Positions 38,251 to 47,742 of a DNA stretch of 64,000 nt are shown here, in pieces. Source of the stretch: an uncultured Clostridia bacterium (GTDB lineage Bacteria; Bacillota_I; Bacilli_A; RF39; UBA660); contig CAOJDX010000001.1 in the NCBI GenBank assembly GCA_948433435.1, forward strand, positions 95,086-159,085. The letters run 5' to 3'. Position 1 is the first letter of the stretch, and each line of letters opens with the position of its first letter. The notes under the pieces are model-generated. The model had not been told where the DNA came from, searched no databases, and saw only the letters and a list, made by a program, of their open reading frames with translations. Made by a program: the position numbers and the translations under genes.

Positions 38251-40554
38251 CTAACAATTAACCCCTTTAATCATTCTTTCTTCAATATCATCTTTATAAA
38301 CTTTTTTCTGTTTTCTTTTTTTGCCAATATTCTTTTTTTCTATCATTAAGAATAAAATTGTTGCTATAAAGATTGAAGAATAAGTACCACTAATTAAGCC
38401 AATTAGCATAGCAATATTAAAATTAAAAATTTCTTTACTTCCTAAGAAAATTAGGGTTAAAACTGGAATAATTGTAGTTATAGATGTCCAAATAGTTCTA
38501 GTAAATGTTTCACGAATACTAATATTTGTAATCTCTTCTAGTCTTTCTTTTGTAAGGTTTTTATCATTTGATTTTTCTATATTTTCTCTAATTCGATCAA
38601 AACAAACAATAGTGTCATTAATCGAGTAACCAATGATAGCAAGTACTGCTGCAATAAACATTGTAGATACTTCTAATCGAGTAATGGCAAAAATAGCAAA
38701 AATTATAAAGAGATCATGTAATAAGGCTATAACACTGGCTATTCCATAACTGAATTTGAATCTAAAAGAAATATATAGAATGATTCCTAATATGGCAATT
38801 AATACTGATAATAAAGCATTATTGATTAGTTGTTGTTTAACAACATTACTAACGACTCCAATATCTACTTTAGCATTATACTTATCAGTAAAATGATTTT
38901 TTACTTTTTTTACCTTGTTGGCATTTAATACATCACTAACCATAATATCAATATTTTCATGGTTAATTGTGATTTCTGTTTCTTTAAGATTTAACTCTTT
39001 TAGATCTTTTCTTATTGCTTCTTTAGTTAGTTTATTTTCGGTAACTAAAGTAATATCGCTACCCGCTTTGAAGTCAACTCCTAAATTAAATCCTTTGTTG
39101 CAAACGAAGAAAATTCCTCCTATTAATAGAATAAAACAAGATATTGCTATAAAGACTTTAGCAGGACGTAAAAAGTTTACATTTTTAAATGGGATTACTT
39201 TTATTTCTTCATTTTTTTCGACATTTGGGATATTTTCTTTTTTAACATGAATAAATAGATTAGTCTTATCACTAAAATAATTAGTATGGATAAAGGCCTT
39301 TAATATAAATCTAGTAATTATAATCATGGTTATAATCGTTACAAAAATAGTAATAATTAACATGGTGGCAAAACCTTTAACACTAGATTCTCCAAAAATA
39401 AACATAATAATGGCTACAAGTAAAGTGGTTACATTACTATCAAATATAGAAGAAAAACTTTCCTTGGAACCCATTTTAAAAGCTGTTTCTAAACTTCTTC
39501 CTTTATATAGCTCATCTTTAATACGAGAATAGGTAATTACATTAGCATCTATGGCCATTCCAATTCCAAGTACTAATGCAGCTATTCCAGGTAAGGTTAA
39601 AACACCTCCTATTAGCCAAAAGATAAAGAAGACTAATAAAGTGTACATGATCATCGTAATAGACGAGATAATTCCTGCAAAGTGATATATGAAAACAAGA
39701 ATCACGATAATACAAACTACTCCAATAATTCCTGCTATTAAAGTTTTTTGTAGTGTTTCATCACCGAAACTTGCCCCTACTGTTTTGCTAGATATTTCTG
39801 TTAGTTTTGATGGAAGACTACCAGAGTTAATTAAATCTACTAAGTTACTAACTTCATCTGCAGTAAAGTTTCCTTGAATAATTACATCACTAGCAAAACC
39901 TTGAGAAACTGTGGCAGCACTTAAGCAGTTAGAACCACTGGTTCCACAAGAATCCTTTTCAGCAGTATAACTATTTTTAGTTTTATCATAATCCAACCAG
40001 ATAACAATCATATTTTCTTTATAATCTTTTATGCGATTAGTAACAGCATAGAATTTATCTTTATCTTTGACACTAAGTAAAACAGCTGGATTTCCAGATG
40101 CATCTTCTGTTATTTTTGCTCCTCCACTGGCTAAAACATCACTTGTCATCAGCAAGTTGTCTTCAGTATCTCTAAATGATAAAGTAGCAACAGTGGCAAG
40201 TTGTCTGCGTGCTTCATCTTCATTTTGCACTCCAGCCAGTTTAACTCTTATTTTGTTATTTCCCTCAATAATAATCTCTGGTTCACTTACTCCTAAACCA
40301 TCAATTCTTTTACTTAAAGTTTTATAGGTACTAGTCATTTTTTCTTCAGTCATTTTAGAACCATCAATTGATTTTACTTCATATAGAACTTCAAAGCCTC
40401 CTTGTAGATCTAGTCCAAAATTTAAACTTTTAAATAAGGGTGGAAAACAAAATCCCATTGCTATAGTTAATATGATTAAAATTGTACATAAGGTAATGGT
40501 TTTCTTTTTTCCCTTTTGTTTTTTTTGTTCTTTTTTTTGTTCCATAACTTTCAC
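38251..40554 (-). CDS. secDF: protein translocase subunit SecDF (fused)
   Basis: 767 aa with 12 TM helices and a periplasmic-type loop. Confidence 0.9.
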   Translation of the reverse strand: MKVMEQKKEQKKQKGKKKTITLCTILIILTIAMGFCFPPLFKSLNFGLDLQGGFEVLYEVKSIDGSKMTEEKMTSTYKTLSKRIDGLGVSEPEIIIEGNNKIRVKLAGVQNEDEARRQLATVATLSFRDTEDNLLMTSDVLASGGAKITEDASGNPAVLLSVKDKDKFYAVTNRIKDYKENMIVIWLDYDKTKNSYTAEKDSCGTSGSNCLSAATVSQGFASDVIIQGNFTADEVSNLVDLINSGSLPSKLTEISSKTVGASFGDETLQKTLIAGIIGVVCIIVILVFIYHFAGIISSITMIMYTLLVFFIFWLIGGVLTLPGIAALVLGIGMAIDANVITYSRIKDELYKGRSLETAFKMGSKESFSSIFDSNVTTLLVAIIMFIFGESSVKGFATMLIITIFVTIITMIIITRFILKAFIHTNYFSDKTNLFIHVKKENIPNVEKNEEIKVIPFKNVNFLRPAKVFIAISCFILLIGGIFFVCNKGFNLGVDFKAGSDITLVTENKLTKEAIRKDLKELNLKETEITINHENIDIMVSDVLNANKVKKVKNHFTDKYNAKVDIGVVSNVVKQQLINNALLSVLIAILGIILYISFRFKFSYGIASVIALLHDLFIIFAIFAITRLEVSTMFIAAVLAIIGYSINDTIVCFDRIRENIEKSNDKNLTKERLEEITNISIRETFTRTIWTSITTIIPVLTLIFLGSKEIFNFNIAMLIGLISGTYSSIFIATILFLMIEKKNIGKKRKQKKVYKDDIEERMIKGVNC

Positions 40555-40610
40555 CTCTTTAAACGAACTAAAATTATTATACCTAAAAATTGCGAAAAAG
40601 TAAAAGATTT

Positions 40611-40644
40611 AAAGAAAAAAAGTAATAAACAAGAATGTTTATTA
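40611..40644 (-). terminator. hairpin and T-run after pilD
   Basis: TAATAAACA-TTCT-TGTTTATTA followed by a T-run on the minus strand. It overlaps the pilD stop. Confidence 0.45.
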
Positions 40645-41406
40645 CAAACCAAGAAAGTGTAGAAAGTCAAGAGTAGTAATTTTACTGAAAAAAAGTATAG
40701 CAAAAGCAATGATTAAAAAAGGCCCAAACGGAATCATATGTTCTTTGTTGGTAAGTAAAATAATAATTGCTATAGGCAAGGCAATGAGACTACCAATAAA
40801 GATCGTTAAAACTCCTAAAAGAGGTTCTAGCACTAAGCCAAAAACAAATAATATTTTTACATCACCTCCACCTAAACTCTCCTTTTTAAACATTTTTTCT
40901 CCTAACCACATAATAAAATACATGAGTGAAAACAAAAAGAGTCCTGTCACAATATGGGTACATGTAGCATTAAATCCTTTGTTTAAAAACTGAATTATCA
41001 TAAAGTAAAAAATAAAGAAAACAATTACTTCATCTGGAATAATATAATAAGTTAAATCGGTTACTAGAACAATCATTAAAATAGAAACTACTCCTAGAGC
41101 TATTAAAAGATTATAACTAAAACCAAAGCTGTAATAGCAAACAGAAAATAAAAGGCCTGTTATTAACTCTAATAAGGGCAACATAATCGGAATTTTTTCT
41201 TGGCAGTATCGACATCTCCCTAAATTTAATAAATAGGATAAGATAGGAATCATGTCATAAAACTTCAACCTCTTTTTACAACTATTACAATGCGAGTGAC
41301 TAGTTGTAAAATTTTCTTTTTTGGGAAGACGTTCTCCGATTACTGCAAAAAAGGAACCACAAACACTTCCTAAAATAAAAAAGAAAATTATATACAAAGT
41401 ATTCAT
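40642..41406 (-). CDS. pilD: prepilin peptidase (A24 family)
   Basis: It has an N-terminal CxxC...CxxC zinc knuckle (CNSCKKR...CRYCQEK) and polytopic membrane topology. Confidence 0.85.
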   Translation of the reverse strand: MNTLYIIFFFILGSVCGSFFAVIGERLPKKENFTTSHSHCNSCKKRLKFYDMIPILSYLLNLGRCRYCQEKIPIMLPLLELITGLLFSVCYYSFGFSYNLLIALGVVSILMIVLVTDLTYYIIPDEVIVFFIFYFMIIQFLNKGFNATCTHIVTGLFLFSLMYFIMWLGEKMFKKESLGGGDVKILFVFGLVLEPLLGVLTIFIGSLIALPIAIIILLTNKEHMIPFGPFLIIAFAILFFSKITTLDFLHFLGL

Positions 41407-41418
41407 AAAAATTCTCCT

Positions 41419-43257
41419 TTATTGTATTTGACTATATATATCAAACATTGGGGTCACAATAGATAGTAAAATCACACCAACTATGGCAGCTACTACTAAA
41501 ATCATAGCTGGTTCAATTAAACTTTTCATTTGATCTACCAATGATTTATGAAGTTGTTGATAATGTTGAGAAACTTTTTCCATCATCAGTCCTAATTGTC
41601 CTGTATTTTCTCCTGTTACTAACATATGATAAGCTACTGTAGGAAATGCCCAAACTCCTTTAAAAGAATTAGAAATACTCTCTCCTTTTGCTAGATTGGA
41701 CATAGTATGGGCAATAATTTCTTTATAAATTTCATTATTAGTAATTTGAGAAAGAATTTCCATACTATCTGTAATGAAAACACCATGATTAATTAAGGAA
41801 GAAAAAGTCTTAGTAAAGTTGTAGACTTCATTATAAATGACTATTTTCCCAAATCCAGGCAATTTCATTACTACTAATTGAACTGTTTTTCTAAAGGGCA
41901 TAATCTTTTTATAACACAAAAAGAAAGTAATAATAAAGATAATCATTCCTAGGATAATATAAACATAATATTTCCTCATAAAATTGGAGGCCTCAATAAC
42001 AGCTAGAGTTATTCCTGGAAGTGATGCTCCATTTGTCTCATACAAAGTGACAAATTGTGGAACAAGTTCAAGCAACATAAATACTAATACACCAATTGCC
42101 AAAATTAAAACGATAACTGGATAAGTCATAGCACTTTGCATAGCTTTTCTTGTTTGAATGATATCCTCATAGTAATCTGACATATCATCTAAAATTGTCG
42201 GAAGATCTCCTGTCATTTCAGCTGATTTTATCATACTAATTAAAAGTTTAGGAAAAGCTTTTCCTTGTTTTTCCATTGCTGTACTTAAATTATATCCTTT
42301 TAAAAGATCATATACTAATTTTTCGTAGGCATTCTTACTAGCTGCTGATCTAGCTTGCTTTGCCAGTATAGTGACTCCCTCTACTAGAGGAATACCAGCT
42401 TTAATATAAGTTGATAATTGTGTTAAATCAAAAGCCAAATCAGTGACTTTTACTTTTTTATCTAAAATAATCTCTATATCGTATTGTTTCCTAGGTTCTA
42501 CAACAATTTTAGTATATCCTTGAGCTTCTAAAAAGCGTTTACAATCTTCCATGCTCTCTGCATTAAAAAAACCTTTTGTTTTCTTACCATTTTCCATAAT
42601 AGCACGATATTTAAAAGGAAATAATGCTATTGCATCCTTGGTTGAAGTAGCTTGCTGTGACCCTACTCCTTTTAGATTATCCGTTGCGACTTGATCCAAG
42701 GTAATTTCTTCTTTTGGTTCTTTCTTTTTAAATAATTTACTTAAAAAACCCTTTTTTTTGACTTTGGCATATTTTCTTACAATATTTGTCAGTCTTCTCG
42801 AAAGATTATTATTTACCTCTCCTATACTAATTTCATTAATAATATCAGCAGGAATAACATTCCCAAGTTTTTTCATGGCATTGGTTAAAGAATCACCTTT
42901 ATATATAAAGTAAGCTAATCTAAAGTATATGCTTTTATTGGAACTTTTACATTCTTTTCCTATTCGAATGATGCTTTCTAAGGTAGATGAACCATATCTG
43001 ATATAATTAGCTAAATTTCCAAACTCTACTCCTATACTAGTCATATCCAACTTTTTATTTAGGTTAGGAACCCCTTCACCTTGTTTTAGAGGAATAACAT
43101 TGGCATTTTTGTAACCAATCATATCTAAAAAAAGTCTACATTCCTCCAAACTTTCTGCTATAAAAAAATCATTTACTTGCCTATTTTTTTCATCAAGAGC
43201 GCTATATTTAAATATATATAACGTAACTGAGTTATTATTCATGTTAAACACTCCCAA
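41419..43257 (-). CDS. pilC: type II secretion / type IV pilus platform protein (GspF/PilC family)
   Basis: 612 aa with two T2SF repeats and 3 TM segments. Confidence 0.8.
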   Translation of the reverse strand: MGVFNMNNNSVTLYIFKYSALDEKNRQVNDFFIAESLEECRLFLDMIGYKNANVIPLKQGEGVPNLNKKLDMTSIGVEFGNLANYIRYGSSTLESIIRIGKECKSSNKSIYFRLAYFIYKGDSLTNAMKKLGNVIPADIINEISIGEVNNNLSRRLTNIVRKYAKVKKKGFLSKLFKKKEPKEEITLDQVATDNLKGVGSQQATSTKDAIALFPFKYRAIMENGKKTKGFFNAESMEDCKRFLEAQGYTKIVVEPRKQYDIEIILDKKVKVTDLAFDLTQLSTYIKAGIPLVEGVTILAKQARSAASKNAYEKLVYDLLKGYNLSTAMEKQGKAFPKLLISMIKSAEMTGDLPTILDDMSDYYEDIIQTRKAMQSAMTYPVIVLILAIGVLVFMLLELVPQFVTLYETNGASLPGITLAVIEASNFMRKYYVYIILGMIIFIITFFLCYKKIMPFRKTVQLVVMKLPGFGKIVIYNEVYNFTKTFSSLINHGVFITDSMEILSQITNNEIYKEIIAHTMSNLAKGESISNSFKGVWAFPTVAYHMLVTGENTGQLGLMMEKVSQHYQQLHKSLVDQMKSLIEPAMILVVAAIVGVILLSIVTPMFDIYSQIQ

Positions 43258-43350
43258 TCTTATTCTAAATAAATTATAGCAAATTATTTATTAATTTTAA
43301 AGATAAACTTTTATTAATTTTATCATATACTAAAATAAAGAGGTGAAATT

Positions 43351-43680
43351 ATGTACAATAATCCTTTTATGTATGGACCTTATATGTCCAATTTGGCAAG
43401 ACCCGCTGTCTCTAGAGGACTATTAGGGGGATTAAAAAGTATGAATTGGGGTGGCCTTCTTTCCAATGCTCAAAAAACCTTAGGGGTTATTAATCAAACA
43501 ATTCCTATCGTTTATCAAGTAAAACCAATGATTAACAATGCCAGAACCATGTTTAAAATAGCTAATACATTAAAAGAAGATAAACCAGTAACAAATATTC
43601 CTAATAATAATATTCAAGAAACTGTTCCTAGTCAAAGTAGTTCTATTGAGGATAGTGGAAAACCTATATTTTTTATTTAA
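43351..43680 (+). CDS. YqfQ/VrrA-like protein
   Basis: The segment GLLSNAQKTLGVINQTIPIVYQVKPMINNARTMFKIANTL and the ...KPIFFI terminus resemble B. subtilis YqfQ. Confidence 0.5.
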   Translation: MYNNPFMYGPYMSNLARPAVSRGLLGGLKSMNWGGLLSNAQKTLGVINQTIPIVYQVKPMINNARTMFKIANTLKEDKPVTNIPNNNIQETVPSQSSSIEDSGKPIFFI

Positions 43681-43729
43681 AAACTGATAAGTTCCTTAAA
43701 CAGGGCCTATCAGTTTTTTAGTAATTTTA

Positions 43730-45112
43730 TTAATAATTTATATTGGATTTAGGAATCTCTATTACTGGTCGAAAATCACATAGGCCATTTTTAATCGACT
43801 TGAAGGCAAAAAGGGCCTTGTCACTTTCATAGTACATACCTAGATGCCAAACTTCTGCATCACTATTACTTTTTATAGTTTCTAGCCAATAACCTGAAGA
43901 ATTTACTGCAAATATTGTATTTTCAAATAAAAATGTACATGAGGAGTGATTAAACCATGTTGTTGGATCTCCTTCTTGAATATTACAATGTTCTATTTCT
44001 TGATGTGTCAATAATCTTACTGGACTATCATAAGTAAATTGATTATTAATAATAACTCCATTTTCATCCTTTATAACCCTATCCTTGTTTTTCAGTTTTA
44101 TATTAGTCCATTTTTTACTATATCCAAGCAATTCACTTTGGTACATAAAATTTGATGGACCATCAGTATTTTTATAAGTTAAATTCCAAGGAATTACTAC
44201 AAATTCTGTTCCACGGAAATTTTTACTATGAATCATTACAGCTGTATCATGACTTTCTTCTAAATCTGTTACATAATAAAATCTTTCAGTTTCACTATCA
44301 TAAATACCATCACCATTTACGTCGCAATCAAAAGCATCACCACTTGTTAGTATTCCTTTTGTTCCCAAATTGCCATATGTTATTATTGATGTTCCCTTTG
44401 AACCTGTTGTTGTGTATCCAACATCTGCACAGATTTGATTTTCTCCACACTCCTCTGTATGCAAGATAGTCGCTCTTCTACAAACCTCTTTAGGAGGTTC
44501 TGGTTCTTCGATATCACCTTCTTTACCATAAACATTGACTCTTACAGTAAAGCTTTTGGATTCACTACTTAATTCATAACTTGAATCTACCCACATTCTT
44601 AATCGGTAATAATAGGTTACTTTCTCACTAATACTTCCTACATCCATGACCATTTCTCCTGCTTTTGCTCCAAACTCATCATCAACATCTAATGGTGTAT
44701 AGGGACTTGGTTCTAATACTTCATCATTATAATTGGTACCATCCAAAGACTTTTGTAAATACAATCTAACATCTTCATTGCCCATAGTTGATGAGGAATC
44801 TTTTACCGCTGTTACTTCATAAGAAATGGGCATCTTTGGTCCTGTTTTAATATTAATCGTAAAATCAAAGACGTAGTTTTCATCACTTAATGTCTTCCCG
44901 ACTTCTTCTGTTATTGGGACTGCATTGTTAATGCTTATTTGATTATCCCCTTCTGTATAGATCATGGTAACAGCACTCGTTGTGATCGCATTTTCTGTTA
45001 CACCTGTTTTACTAAAAGTAAAGGCGGCATAACTTACTCCCACAATCATCACTACTAATAATAAAACTAAACCTACTGTGATTATTTCTTTATTTTTCTT
45101 CTTTTCTTCCAT
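43730..45112 (-). CDS. secreted or membrane-anchored Cys-rich protein of unknown function
   Basis: 460 aa with an N-terminal TM/signal anchor and a Cys-containing extracellular region. It has its own promoter containing a G9 tract. Confidence 0.5.
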   Translation of the reverse strand: MEEKKKNKEIITVGLVLLLVVMIVGVSYAAFTFSKTGVTENAITTSAVTMIYTEGDNQISINNAVPITEEVGKTLSDENYVFDFTINIKTGPKMPISYEVTAVKDSSSTMGNEDVRLYLQKSLDGTNYNDEVLEPSPYTPLDVDDEFGAKAGEMVMDVGSISEKVTYYYRLRMWVDSSYELSSESKSFTVRVNVYGKEGDIEEPEPPKEVCRRATILHTEECGENQICADVGYTTTGSKGTSIITYGNLGTKGILTSGDAFDCDVNGDGIYDSETERFYYVTDLEESHDTAVMIHSKNFRGTEFVVIPWNLTYKNTDGPSNFMYQSELLGYSKKWTNIKLKNKDRVIKDENGVIINNQFTYDSPVRLLTHQEIEHCNIQEGDPTTWFNHSSCTFLFENTIFAVNSSGYWLETIKSNSDAEVWHLGMYYESDKALFAFKSIKNGLCDFRPVIEIPKSNINY

Positions 45113-45145
45113 ACTTTTACTCCTTTATTCTATCTTTATATTTCT

Positions 45146-45175
45146 ATTCTACCCCCCCCCAGGTCATTTTGTCAA
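45146..45175 (-). promoter_or_regulatory. sigma-70-type promoter with a poly-G(9) tract in the 18-nt spacer (candidate phase-variation switch)
   Basis: The minus strand reads TTGACA-aaatgacctGGGGGGGGG-TAGAAT. An AAGGAG RBS lies 7 nt before the ATG at 45112. Confidence 0.5.
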
Positions 45176-45232
45176 AGGGGTATTTAATTACCTACTAAAA
45201 ACATAGAATTTTAGGTATTTACTTATAATAGA

Positions 45233-45272
45233 ATAAAGAAAAAATAAAAGGACCACTTCCTGTAAATTACAG
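45233..45272 (-). terminator. hairpin and T-run separating the 55-aa ORF from the surface-protein promoter
   Basis: CCTGT-AAATT-ACAGG followed by a T-rich run on the minus strand. Confidence 0.35.
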
Positions 45273-45341
45273 GTTGCAATCCTCTAATTAGATACTAATT
45301 ATAAACTATCTAACTTTTAAGGTTCATTTTGCATCTAAGCT

Positions 45342-45509
45342 CTATTCAAATTCTTCTAATGAATATGCTACTTTATAGGCCATATCTTTAGCCATATTTT
45401 TCATATCATGCATTGCATTAGGGTTTTTCTTTTTATACATCATCCATGCACTAACTCCCATTCCTGCAACTGCTAAAGCTCCAATTGCCATTTTACCTTT
45501 ATTTTTCAT
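45342..45509 (-). CDS. small membrane protein (55 aa) MKNKGKMAIGALAVAGMGVSAWMMYKKKNPNAMHDMKNMAKDMAYKVAYSLEEFE
   Basis: It has a GAGGTG RBS and one TM helix. It is below the ORF-track length cutoff. Confidence 0.3.
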   Translation of the reverse strand: MKNKGKMAIGALAVAGMGVSAWMMYKKKNPNAMHDMKNMAKDMAYKVAYSLEEFE

Positions 45510-45543
45510 TGTTTCACCTCACCAATATTATGAAGCAAATCTT

Positions 45544-47742
45544 TTATTTTATACCATCAATTAAAAAATCTTTAATACTTGTTCTTCTAATATCATTTAC
45601 TTTATTATTAATAGAAAGATCAAAAGCAGACATTTCCCCTATTAAAAACAATTTTTTCTTACATCTAGTAACGGCTGTATAAATAAGTCTTCGATAAAGC
45701 ATTTTATGAAAACTCTTAACAATAGGTAAGATGACCACATCAAACTCACTACCTTGTGCTTTATGAATAGATATGGCATAAGCCTTTTTGAAATTTAGAA
45801 AGTTAGTTGGGGTGTATTTTACTATATTACCATCAAAATCAATATATACTTCTTTTTTAGGTTTAGTCACAATCTTAGTAATAATTCCGATATCTCCATT
45901 ATAAACATTATCATCAGGCATATTGGTTAATTGAAGAACCTTATCTTGTTCACGATATAATTCTTCTCCTATTAATATTTCCTTTTTCGTGCTACTTTTT
46001 TTATTAAATACTTCTTGTAAATGAATATTAATGTTATCAATTCCATTAATTGTTTTGTACATAGGTGCTAAAATTTGAAAATCTTTATAGGAATAATCTA
46101 AGTAAGTTTTGCTAATTTCGTTGATTTTTTCCATAACATCATTCCCATTGCATTCGATAAAAGTTAAGTCTGCCTCTTTATTGAAAAGAGATTTTTCTAT
46201 TTCACCTTTTTTGATATCATAAGCAAGACTGATAATATTAGAACCTTCTTTTTGACGATACAAAGTATTTAATCTGCAAACATTTAATTTTTCACTATGG
46301 ATAAGATCTGCTAAAACTTGACCTGCCCCAACACTAGGAAGTTGATCTACATCACCAACTAAAATTATTTTAGTGTGAACACTCAAACCTTTCAATAAAT
46401 TACTAAATAGATAAGTATCAAGCATGCTGGCCTCATCAATCAGAACAAATTCTACACAACTTCTATTATATTCATTAACTTGAAATTTATTCGTATCTTT
46501 ATTCCATTTTAAAAAGCGATGAATAGTAGAACTTGGCAAGTTTGTAGCCTCACTCATTCTCTTAGCAGCTCTGCCTGTGGGTGCTAAAAGAGCAATTTTT
46601 TCTCGCAATTTTTCGTAATCTAATTGATTTGTATCTTTATAAAGCTCACATATAGCTCGCATAATTGTTGTCTTACCTGTTCCAGGTCCACCTGTAATAA
46701 TTAAAAAATTTTTCAAACAACTATTTTTTATTGCTTCTTCTTGATCAAGACTATAGTCTATTTGAAAGTAATCTTCTAATTTTTTAATATAGTGATCAAT
46801 ATCCTTAATTTTATTATCTTCTATATGTTGTAAAATATTTATACGATTTACAATTAGGCATTCACTATCATACATTTCCTTTAAATAAAACTTATCTTCT
46901 ATTTTAACTATTCTAATATCTTTTATTAATGCCTCGATTGCTTGTTGGAATAAATCAGTAGGAATTTCTTGTCCTAGAACTCTAGGGAGTAAAGAATAAA
47001 TTTCTTCTAAATAATAATAACTATGTCCATAACTATTACTAACCTCATTGATTATATAAATAATTGCGGCTTTTACTCTATTAGGATGATCTTTGGGTAA
47101 TTCATTATGAAGAGCAATATAATCTATTCTTTTAAATGAAAACTTATCGATATCATAAATAATTGTATAAAGATCATTTTCTATTACTTCCAAACTTCTA
47201 GAACGATATTTATTATAAATAAGCATTGCTTCTTTAGTGTTGAAGCCCAAATCCCCAAGTTTAATCACAATATCGTAACTTTCTTCGTAATCTATTAATT
47301 TATCATGTAAGTTACTAATATCCTTTGCTGTAATACCTGGTATTAATACTAGATTGTTAGGATTAGTAAGAATAGTATTTAATGTATCTTTTCCTAAAAC
47401 ATCAACAATTTTTTTTGCTTTGCCTTCCCCAATTCCTTTAAAAAGACCACTACTTAAGAATTCTACAATAGCATCTTTACTTTCTGGTTTACATCTTTCA
47501 TATCCTTCAGTTTGAAACTGCATACCATATTTACTATGCTCTATCATTTTTCCATTAAAAATATAAGTATCCATATCATTAAGCTCATGAAAATAACCTG
47601 TAAAAGTAACTGTTTTACCTACAAAATCTTCTAAATCATCACTACTACTTTCCACTTTGAAAAGACCGATAACGTAACCAGAACTAGCTTGGTAAATATT
47701 CCTTTTATATTTTCCTTTAATAAAACTAATCATTAACTTCAC
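45544..47742 (-). CDS. recD2: ATP-dependent RecD-like DNA helicase
   Basis: 732 aa with a SF1B Walker A (GGPGTGKTT) and a C-terminal SH3-like region. Confidence 0.85.
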   Translation of the reverse strand: MKLMISFIKGKYKRNIYQASSGYVIGLFKVESSSDDLEDFVGKTVTFTGYFHELNDMDTYIFNGKMIEHSKYGMQFQTEGYERCKPESKDAIVEFLSSGLFKGIGEGKAKKIVDVLGKDTLNTILTNPNNLVLIPGITAKDISNLHDKLIDYEESYDIVIKLGDLGFNTKEAMLIYNKYRSRSLEVIENDLYTIIYDIDKFSFKRIDYIALHNELPKDHPNRVKAAIIYIINEVSNSYGHSYYYLEEIYSLLPRVLGQEIPTDLFQQAIEALIKDIRIVKIEDKFYLKEMYDSECLIVNRINILQHIEDNKIKDIDHYIKKLEDYFQIDYSLDQEEAIKNSCLKNFLIITGGPGTGKTTIMRAICELYKDTNQLDYEKLREKIALLAPTGRAAKRMSEATNLPSSTIHRFLKWNKDTNKFQVNEYNRSCVEFVLIDEASMLDTYLFSNLLKGLSVHTKIILVGDVDQLPSVGAGQVLADLIHSEKLNVCRLNTLYRQKEGSNIISLAYDIKKGEIEKSLFNKEADLTFIECNGNDVMEKINEISKTYLDYSYKDFQILAPMYKTINGIDNINIHLQEVFNKKSSTKKEILIGEELYREQDKVLQLTNMPDDNVYNGDIGIITKIVTKPKKEVYIDFDGNIVKYTPTNFLNFKKAYAISIHKAQGSEFDVVILPIVKSFHKMLYRRLIYTAVTRCKKKLFLIGEMSAFDLSINNKVNDIRRTSIKDFLIDGIK

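Noticed and set aside
37087-40327. Multiple short ORFs on either strand within relA and secDF
   Set aside because: They are embedded in or antisense to long conserved genes.
45125-45340. Whether the poly-C tract could be part of the upstream small ORF or a coding-region slippage site
   Set aside because: The tract lies 40 nt upstream of the start codon, between recognisable -35 and -10 hexamers. No ORF spans it in any frame.
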